DNA of 64,000 nucleotides from Veleropilina oligotropha (taxonomy: Eukaryota). The position numbers and the translations under genes are program-made. Where the stretch lies: contig JBEUKZ010000112.1 in assembly GCA_048128005.1 (NCBI GenBank), forward strand, positions 620,001-684,000. Direction: 5' to 3'. Positions 24,676 through 34,136 of the stretch are shown here, in pieces. The notes under the pieces are model-generated. The model was not told the origin of the DNA, made no database searches, and saw nothing but the letters and a program-made list of their open reading frames with translations. How positions within the stretch are numbered: the stretch's first letter is position 1; each line of letters begins with the position of its first letter.

Positions 24676-25516
24676 CTTTATTGTATCCCCGAAATTTAAC
24701 ATTTCGGGGATAGTATGGTTTAGTCATCGTTCAGCCGCGTCCGCCGCAGAGATTTATTGTGTGCGCTCGCTCTACAGTGAAAGATTCTAATCAGATTTGA
24801 TTCAAATTTGGTATGCACGTCAGTTATGATGAGGACACACAACCTAACGATTTTTGTCGTTTTCGGATCCAAGATGGCTGCCGTGGCGGCCATTTTGTTT
24901 GGAGAGATTTCCTGTGCGCGCTCTACAGTGAAAAGTTATTATCCGATTTGATTCATATTTGGTATGCGCGTTCGTTATAATGAATACATGCCACCTAAAG
25001 ATTTTCGTTGATTTCGGATACAAGACGGCCGCCATGGTGGCCATTTTGTTGACGACATTTCTTGTGCGCGCTCTACAGTGAAAAGTTATTATCCGATTTG
25101 ATTCATATTTGGTATGTGCTTTAGTTGTGATGAGGGCATGCCGCCTAAATATTTTCGTTGTTTTCGGATCCAAGATGGATGCCTTGGCGGCCATATTGGT
25201 TGATTAGATTTCTTGTGCAGGCTCTACAGTGAAAAGTTCTTATCCGATTTGATTCAAATTTAGTATGCATGTTAGTTATGATGAGGACACGCCACGTAAC
25301 GATTTCCTTTTGTTTTCAGATCCAAGATAGCCATCGTGGCGGACATTTTATTTGAAGATATTTCTTGTGCGCGATCTATAGTGAATAGTTCTAATCCGAT
25401 TTGATTCAAATTTGGTATACATGTTTGGCATGATGAGGACATGGTGCCTATTGATTTATGCTACCGTGGGAGGGGATACATCCCCTCGACTTGCTGGGTC
25501 GAGGTTTCGCTAGTTA
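24676..25516. mobile_element. Helentron/DINE-1-like element with a ~146-bp tandem array (about 5 units)
   Basis: Hairpin tatccccgaaat..atttcggggata at one end and repeats of ctctacagtgaaaagtt..ccgatttgattca..tccaagatgg. The other end is ggggatac..ctcgac..gtcgag..ctagtt. Confidence 0.65.
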
Positions 25517-25949
25517 TTTATAAGATGGCTGTCGGATGCTCTTCGAGCGGCATGTGCTACGTGCACCTGTGTGTGAGACAGACCTTGGTTCAATCACCGG
25601 AAATGTTTTTAATGCACATGCATCTGTGCATCATCTATACATTACACACAGTGTCAGTTCATTTCAAAGATTAATGACGCAGATTTAAGACTGAAAATTT
25701 ATTTTTTGGCGACAAATTGTTAAAAATTTCATCACCATATTAATAAATCATGATAATATCCTGATATAATAATATCATTATTTATTCCTGATGCAATGAG
25801 TTTAAGTCTCACTCTCTCAGTATGGATATTGGGGGCCCAGTATGATATTGTATTAGAGAGAAGTAGTAGCAAGAGTACGACGGTAGTAGAAACTGTCGTT
25901 TGTTATTTTAGTAATCGCTAATTATCTAATAGTAAACTCAAATTTTTCA

Positions 25950-26542
25950 CCTGACCGAGTTCCCTTTTTTGCAGACTTCACAACGTCATGTTATGTTTGA
26001 TTTCATCTACTGGAGAGACTGATATTTGCCTCAAACACTATGTTTTAGTACATATTTAGGTTAATAAATAGTCTAAAATAAATGTTTTCTGGAAATCTAT
26101 GAAGAAAATGAATTCAAGAATAACAACACTTTATTTTACAACATAGACACAAAAATACATGTTCGTAAAACCAATCAACCCAAAGTTTACATATAGTGTT
26201 CGACTGCAGTATTTATCGTATGACATGCATTTATCGTATGAAACTCTTGTTTCTTGGGGCCGTTTCTTGTTCTGATTAGTGACATTATGTAACATGTTGT
26301 ATGATAACATGGTAATATTGTAGAAGTACCGTATTTTTGTAATTGCAATCTATGATAATTATGCAATAATCATCCGAAACATGCATATTGACATTGCTGA
26401 TATCGGTAGTGGAATATAACCAATTGCAAACGTAAACAAATCGTAGCACGTGTGTTCTTTGAGGGAAAAGCAAACTCGATAGCAAATATATTTATTACCA
26501 GTATTATTGGTCAATATTCAAAATATATTGTTAACCAGTGCA
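25950..26542. promoter_or_regulatory. Probable bidirectional promoter region between SLC30A9 (-) and NCDN (+)
   Basis: The NCDN ATG is at 26543. A minus-strand cag|gtgaaa donor near 25950 could end a non-coding SLC30A9 first exon. Inferred from gene geometry only. Confidence 0.4.
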
Positions 26543-26623
26543 ATGGAGAGCGGAGTAATCAAGTGTTTGGAAGTTCTCCGATCAGCCAAGAGTGACAATG
26601 AAAAGTTTGCCGCGATGTATTTG
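26543..26623 (+). CDS. NCDN: Neurochondrin coding exon 1: MESGVIKCLEVLRSAKSDNEKFAAMYL
   Basis: ATG, 27 codons, gtaaac donor. Resembles NCDN LGALREAKNDSEQFAALLL and joins in frame to the exon at 60540. Confidence 0.85.
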
Positions 26624-26934
26624 GTAAACATCGTAAATTCGTAATAATATTAAATTCACCAATACAGTTATACAATAATTGAGTCAGATACTGTGGTAGA
26701 GTTTTAATTTAATAAATTGACGATACACACATCATGTGACATGTACGAACAAACTAGATGAATTAAGTATTGTCTTCGTATCATTGTACTCGTGCGTTTG
26801 TAACTTTGTTGATAATTGGGGGATCCGGACATTTCGCAAATAAACCAGTTCGTCGAAAGACGTTTCGTCGAATTTTACAGTAAACGGTTCGTCGATTGAC
26901 CGTTTCGTCGAACTGGTTCGTCGAATTTTCGACG

Positions 26935-27086
26935 AGCAGCAGGGGGGGTCAATAGACTTTTTAGAATGGGAAAATACAGCGCCCAGCACTATTTCAGAAC
27001 TCAGGGTAGCTCGGACTAGTCAGCAGGGGAGTTTAGACTAGGGCCCCGGGGCGACCGGGAAGGCTCCCAGCTATATTTCAGACCCC
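26935..27086. repeat. Left TIR of the Polinton-like element
   Basis: Exact reverse complement of 42502-42653. Imperfect similarity continues to ~27150. Confidence 0.95.
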
Positions 27087-27182
27087 CGGGGTAGTGATTG
27101 TATTACAAAAAGTTACCGTGTGTACAGCGGCCACTACCCAGGCCGGCCTGGCGTATGTTTGTATCCGTGTCGAGACCTCCTT

Positions 27183-27270
27183 TGCTACTGCCTGGTGTAT
27201 TCATAGCCTGTGGCTGACCTAGTGTGCTACTGCCTGGTGTATTCATAGCCTGTGGCTGACCTAGTGTGCT
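27183..27270. repeat. Subterminal 42-bp direct repeat (2 copies)
   Basis: tgctactgcctggtgtattcatagcctgtggctgacctagtg x2. Confidence 0.9.
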
Positions 27271-27955
27271 CATTCTCGAGAATCTTTATTGTGACACGTG
27301 ACAATGACTGCTGACTCGTTGTCACGTGTAGACTTTATATTGCTGAATCATTGTTACCATGTAGAATTTCCATTTAGAGGATAAACTGTCCAGATGTAAA
27401 CATCTGGACCAAAACTTTGTAACTAGAGCGATGACCCGTTTCAGGACAAAATAATTTTAAATGGAGCAGATACTATTCAGTGGGTCAAACCTTTTTTTTA
27501 CTGGGTCACCAAAAGCTATCGACAGCTTGCAATTTCTGTACTACGTTTGACAAAATCTGTTTTTAGCTGGGTTAACCAGCCAGACAGATAAGCGGCTTGT
27601 GAGCTCGGGGAAACAATACGCGGCCGAGGTATTTTAAATACCCGGATTTGGCATGTCTTGATAATAGAAGAATATTTATGAGAAACTCATTAGGCTATTA
27701 GGCGTCTATTGTTTCCCCGAGATCGCGAAGCGAAACGTTATGAATAGGTTGTACTGTATAGACAGCCGGCAGGCTGTATTAATACTACACGTGACCAGGT
27801 TCGACTAGTAACTTATTGATGCGAGGTATTTCATTCATAAATCGGATAATGGGTCGACCTGAAGCGTATGCGATTCGCTCTCGTCGACCTGGAAAATATT
27901 TATATACACAGCTGTGACATAGTGTAAGGCAAGGCAGAGATTCCCAACAGCTGGT

Positions 27956-28387
27956 TTATATGAATATATAGTTACCCGATATTAAAGTACAATTACAGGG
28001 TGAGATTTGTCCGACTTTTCTCCACACACCGAAGCAGCCAGACAGCATGGTATAATACTCCCCATTTTTTCCAGGACATAACGAGGGGGTCGAACACTGG
28101 ACACATGTGACAGTATCTCTTGGTGTGGCAGGGCTACAGTCATTCTCTCCGATAATAAAATAGTGGCATGACGGTGGAGAGACATCAGGGGTGGGGTCTC
28201 TACCCGGGCGAAGAAGCAAGTTTCTACGTAAGGGGTCAAATCGGGCGTTATACCTGGGATGATTTCGGTACCTAGTCCACGTATGTTCCAGAATTAATGC
28301 AGTGTTGTGTGTCGACGCCTGGGTAGACACACCCCCTAGCCAGCACACCGCGGCAATACACAGTAGCATAGATTTCATGGATTTCAT
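27956..28387 (-). CDS. Secreted cysteine-rich protein, possible cystine-knot cytokine-like
   Basis: Signal-peptide-like N-terminus (MKSMLLCIAAVCWLGGVSTQA) and an 8-Cys C-terminal domain ending in CNC. Confidence 0.65.
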   Translation of the reverse strand: MKSMKSMLLCIAAVCWLGGVSTQASTHNTALILEHTWTRYRNHPRYNARFDPLRRNLLLRPGRDPTPDVSPPSCHYFIIGENDCSPATPRDTVTCVQCSTPSLCPGKNGEYYTMLSGCFGVWRKVGQISPCNCTLISGNYIFI

Positions 28388-28469
28388 GGTTGTCCAGATA
28401 TCACTGTCGATTTCTAGCTTTAATACGGGGGAGGAGCGGGGTAGTCGTGGCTACGCTCAACCTGGATAG

Positions 28470-29102
28470 TTAGTCGCCAGCTCCGATTTTTTTCAGCAGC
28501 TCTGCGCGACCCTCTAAACGACCACGCTCAATAAGCTCGCTTTGGGTCTGTGAAATCGCGGTGTGCGCCTTCCTACTCTTATCCCGGATTGATGCCTTCA
28601 TAGCTTGGTATTTTTCCATCTCCCCTGTGACCAGTTGGAATTCATCATCAGACATCACCCCGTCCGATAATGCCTTTGAGACGTGGTCGGTTATGGTATT
28701 CAGCTTGCTGTCGGCCAGGACTCGAATCTCGTCGTGTTTCTTAGCCTTCACCCCGAGGCGCCGGCTGATATACTTTCCACCCATACTAGCGAGCCCACAC
28801 CCTAATGCCGCTAGTTCCAGCACTAGGACGACCGGGGCGGCTACAATTGTGGACAGTAGACCAATTCCAGCGCTACCCATACCAAGTGTGGCGACGACTA
28901 GCCCGTTATCTATCCCGTCAACGACGTTAACACCTCGTCGGTACTTTTTATATAATGCAGCCCGTGTGTCCCTCTCTCGTTCTAATTGTCCCTGAAGCTC
29001 ATTCACTTTCTGTAGTCGGAAAGACTGTGCCTCATGCAGTTCCGAAGGCACATCGCCACCAAGCTGTGGGTACAGCGTTGGCGCTGAGGGCTTGTTGTTC
29101 AT
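28470..29102 (-). CDS. Viral membrane protein, 210 aa (coiled coil plus two hydrophobic helices; N-terminal PSAP and LYPQL)
   Basis: ATG start, hydrophobic stretch GLVVATLGMGSAGIGLLSTIVAAPVVLVLELAALGCGLASMGG, and ATGA overlap with the upstream ORF. Confidence 0.8.
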   Translation of the reverse strand: MNNKPSAPTLYPQLGGDVPSELHEAQSFRLQKVNELQGQLERERDTRAALYKKYRRGVNVVDGIDNGLVVATLGMGSAGIGLLSTIVAAPVVLVLELAALGCGLASMGGKYISRRLGVKAKKHDEIRVLADSKLNTITDHVSKALSDGVMSDDEFQLVTGEMEKYQAMKASIRDKSRKAHTAISQTQSELIERGRLEGRAELLKKIGAGD

Positions 29103-29461
29103 TGTTCGTGGCTGTATTGTTCAGCCTGTTGATTCCGAATGTCTACCGTTACGGAAACGTTCAAATACAGAGTGCCGACCCACGGGGCCTTGACGACGAA
29201 GGCGAGGGTCAGCCTGTCCGAATTCAGGCCAAGCGTACTTATGGAACATGCTTTGGGGCCCCCGGCGGGCTGGACCGGCGTCATGTGAATCATTAGGAGG
29301 GCTGGGTTCAACCCAAACCGGCCTCCATTATTGGGAAGAAGGAACTCCCTCTTCGCCAGTCCCTTCTTCTTGGGTGCTTCTCCACAATTAAGGACAAAGT
29401 GCCACCGGGTCGGGGGGGAAGAGGGCTCGTCTGCAAGCAGGGTCCCGTAGATGCTGCTCAT
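29099..29461 (-). CDS. Hypothetical viral protein, 120 aa (beta-rich)
   Basis: ATG start, with ATGA overlaps with both neighbours. Confidence 0.65.
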   Translation of the reverse strand: MSSIYGTLLADEPSSPPTRWHFVLNCGEAPKKKGLAKREFLLPNNGGRFGLNPALLMIHMTPVQPAGGPKACSISTLGLNSDRLTLAFVVKAPWVGTLYLNVSVTVDIRNQQAEQYSHEQ

Positions 29462-30198
29462 TGTATCGCAAGGACTGCGGAAATAGGCATACCGTGATTG
29501 TCGAGCGGTTTACCATCTGAGTCTGTGATGTAAACCTTCAACTCTGTGATTAGCCCGGCCTGTAGTCGCCGGCCGGCGGGATAGCTATGATAGTGGCCAG
29601 CTTCACCGAACATCTGCGACGTGATAGGGACCACCGCGAGAATAGTGCTCGGGGCGCCGTCCTTCACATTGTGCGTTGTACTAAGCTGCTCCAGGTGGAC
29701 GTGCAGGGTTGGCGCTATGGCAAACCCGACAGGCTTATTCCCGTCATAAGTCCCAGGGCGTAGCCACTCGGATCTCTCCGGAGGGGGAGGTGGTTGGCCC
29801 TGTACTCCCCGAACCGGTGGGTTCAGATTCCCTGCTTTATCGAGAATAAACGAAGACAGGTTTAAGCCGAGGAGTTTTCGTATATCGTCGCTTATCGCGA
29901 GTCGAGTCCCCTCTGGGACCACGATTCGGGCGAGCCCTGTAGCATGGCTTACATCTAGTTGTAGGTTAACTAGCGACCTCTTCATCGTCTTGGCGAGGTC
30001 ATCGAAGCTGTAGAAACCTGGTGCCACGTCGACCGTGGTATCCGGTGTCTTAAAGAAGGCTCCGGCATGCACGTTGTGCCAGCCTACCCAATAGTCGAGC
30101 GACTGCAAGCTGACACATAGCTTGCCGTCCCGGTTATCAATCGGCTCCAGGAGGGCAACCGCGGTCCCCTCTTGAACGTTTGTTAATGTGTGAAACAT
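29458..30198 (-). CDS. Putative minor capsid (penton, single jelly-roll) protein
   Basis: The C-terminus ITELKVYITDSDGKPLDNHGMPISAVLAIQ plus PGFYSFDDL and STILAVVP resemble Polinton minor capsid proteins. Confidence 0.7.
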   Translation of the reverse strand: MFHTLTNVQEGTAVALLEPIDNRDGKLCVSLQSLDYWVGWHNVHAGAFFKTPDTTVDVAPGFYSFDDLAKTMKRSLVNLQLDVSHATGLARIVVPEGTRLAISDDIRKLLGLNLSSFILDKAGNLNPPVRGVQGQPPPPPERSEWLRPGTYDGNKPVGFAIAPTLHVHLEQLSTTHNVKDGAPSTILAVVPITSQMFGEAGHYHSYPAGRRLQAGLITELKVYITDSDGKPLDNHGMPISAVLAIQ

Positions 30199-30205
30199 AG
30201 TAGCT

Positions 30206-31489
30206 ATGGCTAAGAGCGCCTTTGCGTTTAATAGGAGTGCGGCCTATCCGACCGGTGTGGTGTACCCAGCAAAGATCAAAGATGAGCAGCTTACGAGACC
30301 AAGCATCAATGTGGGTAATAGCTCAACCACTACATTCGGGGCAACATACCCTGACGTCTTTCAGAAATACCGCCTCCCTCATGTCGCTAGTGACGGGCTG
30401 ATAAGGGATTGGAACAGCACGCCGATGAGGTTCTGGCAGAACAAGGTCAATTTCGCAGTTTGGTGTGCCACAACAGGTTCCGGAATCTCCTCAGAAGACC
30501 ACTTAAATGCGACCGACCCCCTCTCCACTGCTGTATTCACCTTCCACGTCTACTATCAGGTCAGACGAATCTTATCCGAAATTCAGGCGCCGCTGCCACA
30601 GGACCGGACGTGGGATGCATTCGACAACCCGTATGACCGCAGGGCATATGAGAAGATCTGCAGCGAATTTGGGGTGTCTCCCCATACCGACTGGCGTGTC
30701 AAGGGTCCCAACGGCGGACTAGGCACCGCTTACAGCTACTGGACGAACAACGGCTACCACCCCATCGGACGTGACTATGATCCAAGCCGAATGTCCTTCA
30801 CCAAAGGTACGACCAACACGAATCTGCACGTGGACTACATCGCGCAAGCGCCTGCACTTAAAAACGGTTGGGCTACTTTTATTCTGGACAGGTCGGTGGG
30901 ATTCACGAGGGCCGGCGTGGAAAGGCTCAATGATTCCATCAGGACCTACGTCTGGGCTATTCTTGGAGCGCAGGCTCAAACGCGTGCAAGTATTCTGGGT
31001 AGTGGGACGGCGTTTGACGCACAGAAACAGTTCCTGGCGAACGTGGAAGACGCCATCGCATCCCCCGTTGACCTCCCAGCAGCCATCAAACGGTACCAAG
31101 AGGTGCTCCAGTATGCGAGGTCCAAAGTGGACTTCGTATTCGGCGTTGGCCTGTACATGGCGCCAAGTAACATGCTTCTACGGATCGGGCAGGTGGCTGG
31201 TTATAACAATGAGATCGTCGTCGCCACGGAAGACCAGACACTCGGTCTTAATACTACGGTGAACGCGGCCAATCCTGTGCCGCACAACGCCACTGGGGAT
31301 ACTGGAGAAACAGGACTGGTTATTCCACAAGACGCAGATGCAAGCATACCGGTAGTTACTCCGAAGCATCCAAGCTCTCTGCCAGCTGTGGCCTCAGTGG
31401 CGGCTGTTCCAGCGGCACATGACGAGGAGAAAACCGCACTTATCGTGGGCGGCATTGTCGTTGGTCTAGCGTTTATTTGGCTTACGTGA
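30206..31489 (+). CDS. Hypothetical viral protein, 427 aa, with a C-terminal membrane anchor
   Basis: Long ATG ORF with a Pro/Ala/Thr linker followed by ALIVGGIVVGLAFIWL at the extreme C-terminus. Confidence 0.8.
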   Translation: MAKSAFAFNRSAAYPTGVVYPAKIKDEQLTRPSINVGNSSTTTFGATYPDVFQKYRLPHVASDGLIRDWNSTPMRFWQNKVNFAVWCATTGSGISSEDHLNATDPLSTAVFTFHVYYQVRRILSEIQAPLPQDRTWDAFDNPYDRRAYEKICSEFGVSPHTDWRVKGPNGGLGTAYSYWTNNGYHPIGRDYDPSRMSFTKGTTNTNLHVDYIAQAPALKNGWATFILDRSVGFTRAGVERLNDSIRTYVWAILGAQAQTRASILGSGTAFDAQKQFLANVEDAIASPVDLPAAIKRYQEVLQYARSKVDFVFGVGLYMAPSNMLLRIGQVAGYNNEIVVATEDQTLGLNTTVNAANPVPHNATGDTGETGLVIPQDADASIPVVTPKHPSSLPAVASVAAVPAAHDEEKTALIVGGIVVGLAFIWLT

Positions 31490-32798
31490 CCCACTGTCTA
31501 GCGGCAATAAGAAGCAAGCCCCCAACTGATATGACCAGTGCCCATAGGTTTTCAGCGAGCCACGATGCTGTCTTGCCAATCAGGTTGATTAGCCAGGAGA
31601 CCAGGCTTCCAAGTATTCCTGGGAGCACGGCTGCGGCCTTCCCTGCTAGCTTGCCCAGAATCCGACCCAGGGTCTTCAGCTGCTTTTTTACCCACTCCTT
31701 GACCCCGCCCTGACCACTGGGAGGTGGTGGTGGCGTTGGCGGGCTTGTTGCTCCACCTGTCAGGGCTAGTACCAAAGTCGAGATGGCGAGCCCGATAGCG
31801 GTCAGTATTGTTGCGATCGTAACCCCTTGCTCGCGGAACAGGGTCCGGATACGCTCGGCCAGCATTGTGTCGGTGTTCAGGATCCGACTTATCATCTCTC
31901 GGATCCGGCTGATTTGAGAGCGAAGGGCCTCCCGGCTTGATGATGCTGCCTCTAGGCGAGCTGCTCTTTCATCATTCAGGTCGCGCAGACGTTCCGCGAT
32001 CCGTCGACGGATGAACTCATCCACACCGCCCTCTTCATCTGCCTGATCGAGCTTCATCTTCTCCAGCTCTATGTGTTCATCCAGCGCCGTTAGCTTGGCT
32101 AAGTTGTTCGTGAGTTCGCCTCGGATGGTCTGCATCGCCTTGTCAAGTCCGCGAAGCTCGCGAAGATTTAATGGAGGGTCCCCCATTGTGCCTAAGATCT
32201 CTTCAACCTCGGTATCAGTGAATTTCGTCTCCATCGTGTGGATTGCTACCGAGGCATCAGTAGCAGTCTGCCCCAAGTCCCGCAGTTCTACGTTTTCGAC
32301 ATTAGCGGCCGCACCGCTCAACTCGTTGTCGGCTGTCTGAAGAGCTGCAACCGCTTTTGAGGACGGCTTTTGTCGTCCCCCTACCCGCTTCCAGTTTACA
32401 AAACCCAGATCTCGGATGGCATCACCCCCACCAGGCCGGCCAGCTATTGTTGATAACGCCAAGGGGTTGCCGGTGCGAGAATTTATGAGATTGATGTCGG
32501 GGTAGTCCGTCATCACCAATTTTCCCCCCCTCCCTAATTTTCCCCTCACATACTTGAATTTTGAATAATCTCGCCCTGCGGCTGGGGTCTGCCCCTCCTG
32601 TGCCAGGGCTTTGTAGTAGTCGTCAACCACGCCCTGAACGAGCTCTTGCTGAAGACTGCTGGTTCCTTCCTGTGGCCGTTCCGAAAGAACAGGCATAAAC
32701 CGGTCGGTGGATAGATCCACATCAGTATCGTCGATGATGGTATCATCGTTGTCGATGAGATCGTCCGGCTCGAATGCGGGGTTATCGAATTCCGCCAT
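31482..32798 (-). CDS. Viral coiled-coil membrane protein, 438 aa
   Basis: Acidic N-terminus with FDNPAF, a long heptad region, a TM segment, poly-Pro, an amphipathic helix and a terminal hydrophobic helix. Confidence 0.82.
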   Translation of the reverse strand: MAEFDNPAFEPDDLIDNDDTIIDDTDVDLSTDRFMPVLSERPQEGTSSLQQELVQGVVDDYYKALAQEGQTPAAGRDYSKFKYVRGKLGRGGKLVMTDYPDINLINSRTGNPLALSTIAGRPGGGDAIRDLGFVNWKRVGGRQKPSSKAVAALQTADNELSGAAANVENVELRDLGQTATDASVAIHTMETKFTDTEVEEILGTMGDPPLNLRELRGLDKAMQTIRGELTNNLAKLTALDEHIELEKMKLDQADEEGGVDEFIRRRIAERLRDLNDERAARLEAASSSREALRSQISRIREMISRILNTDTMLAERIRTLFREQGVTIATILTAIGLAISTLVLALTGGATSPPTPPPPPSGQGGVKEWVKKQLKTLGRILGKLAGKAAAVLPGILGSLVSWLINLIGKTASWLAENLWALVISVGGLLLIAARQWVT

Positions 32799-32834
32799 TT
32801 GAATACATCAGTGGGATACGCATCTAATTCAGCC

Positions 32835-34136
32835 ATGACTAGCGTATACGGACGCAAGCTTAATCCATACCGCAGGCTGCGTGAGCCCCTCGCAGTCAAG
32901 GGCATCCGCCAGTCGGTCACGATTACAAACAATCCATCAACGATTGCCCCGAACCAGCAGCTCCTGGTTCGGTTCCCTAATCTCGGGGCGAATGACGTGA
33001 TCGTTCCAGGGACTGCCCACCTTGCATTTACCATCTCACTGACCTCGGTAAATGCGAATAGGACTGTAGTGCAAAATATCGGCCGTGCCGTGATCAGAAA
33101 GACCACGATAAAGATAAGTGGAAACGAGATCATGTCGATTGACGACTCCGACGTGTACCACTGCTACCGCGATCTCTGGAAGACCACAGGGGAGCGCAAG
33201 AACGCCCAGTACCAGGGGATTGATACCAGCGATGGGCACAACACTACGAAGCATCGTGTTGGTGCGGCAGACGCCTTTAGACTGTCTGAGGATGTCGCGG
33301 TCGCGGCCGCGTACGGTAACCGATTCCGCATCCCGCTGGATTTCGAGCTGTTGGAAAGTCACATGCCATTCTATCAAAGCGCCCTTGGAGACCGTCTCGA
33401 GTATGAGCTAACGTTCAACGACTACTCCCGGACTATCCGGGAGACGGACGACTCCGGTTCCAGCTATTCCATCGACAATATATCCCTCGAATATGACATG
33501 GTAACCCAATCCGAGCTTGCCAGACGGATTCGAAATCAATACCAGGGTCAACTCGTAATCCTGTACGACCGTGTTCTCCGGCATCGGAAGCTCACCCTAG
33601 ACAAGAGCGACTCGTTGTGGAATATGAATGTGAACGTACCGGCGAGGTCGATGAAAGGAATACTACTGTTGTTCGAGGACCCTGCGAGAGACGCCGCGCC
33701 ATTCTCTCGCGATACTGAGGCCTTCTATAATCCGAAGATCACAAAGGTCGAGGTCACAATCGAGGGTGTCCCGAATCAAATCTACAGCCAGGGCATGCGA
33801 ACATACCAGATCTGGGAAGAAGCCAAGAAAATGTTCGCCTCCGGCTGCAGCAAGCGGCATCCTGAGGTCGCGATGGTCGCAAAGGACTTGGAGATGGCAG
33901 ACGTCACCCTGGGCGAATTTCTGACTAAGAAATTTGCGCTCTGGATCGATATGCGGGTAACTGACGACGATCAGTTGCACGGGTCAGGCCGGAGGGTCGA
34001 GAACGCCAGCGAAGGCATTACTATTCAGATCACTAAAACAGCCGAAGCGGCCGGTCCACTGAACGTCTACGAGTTCGTGATCATGGACGCACAGCTGAAT
34101 ATCGAGAATGGCCGATTCGTCGAAGCACTGTACTAA
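32835..34136 (+). CDS. Putative major capsid protein (double jelly-roll)
   Basis: ~433 aa, beta-strand-rich (LLVRFP, LAFTISL, IKISGNEI, FRIPLDF, LEYELTF, ITKVEVTIEGVP, ITIQIT), immediately upstream of the packaging ATPase. First ATG at 32835. Confidence 0.72.
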   Translation: MTSVYGRKLNPYRRLREPLAVKGIRQSVTITNNPSTIAPNQQLLVRFPNLGANDVIVPGTAHLAFTISLTSVNANRTVVQNIGRAVIRKTTIKISGNEIMSIDDSDVYHCYRDLWKTTGERKNAQYQGIDTSDGHNTTKHRVGAADAFRLSEDVAVAAAYGNRFRIPLDFELLESHMPFYQSALGDRLEYELTFNDYSRTIRETDDSGSSYSIDNISLEYDMVTQSELARRIRNQYQGQLVILYDRVLRHRKLTLDKSDSLWNMNVNVPARSMKGILLLFEDPARDAAPFSRDTEAFYNPKITKVEVTIEGVPNQIYSQGMRTYQIWEEAKKMFASGCSKRHPEVAMVAKDLEMADVTLGEFLTKKFALWIDMRVTDDDQLHGSGRRVENASEGITIQITKTAEAAGPLNVYEFVIMDAQLNIENGRFVEALY

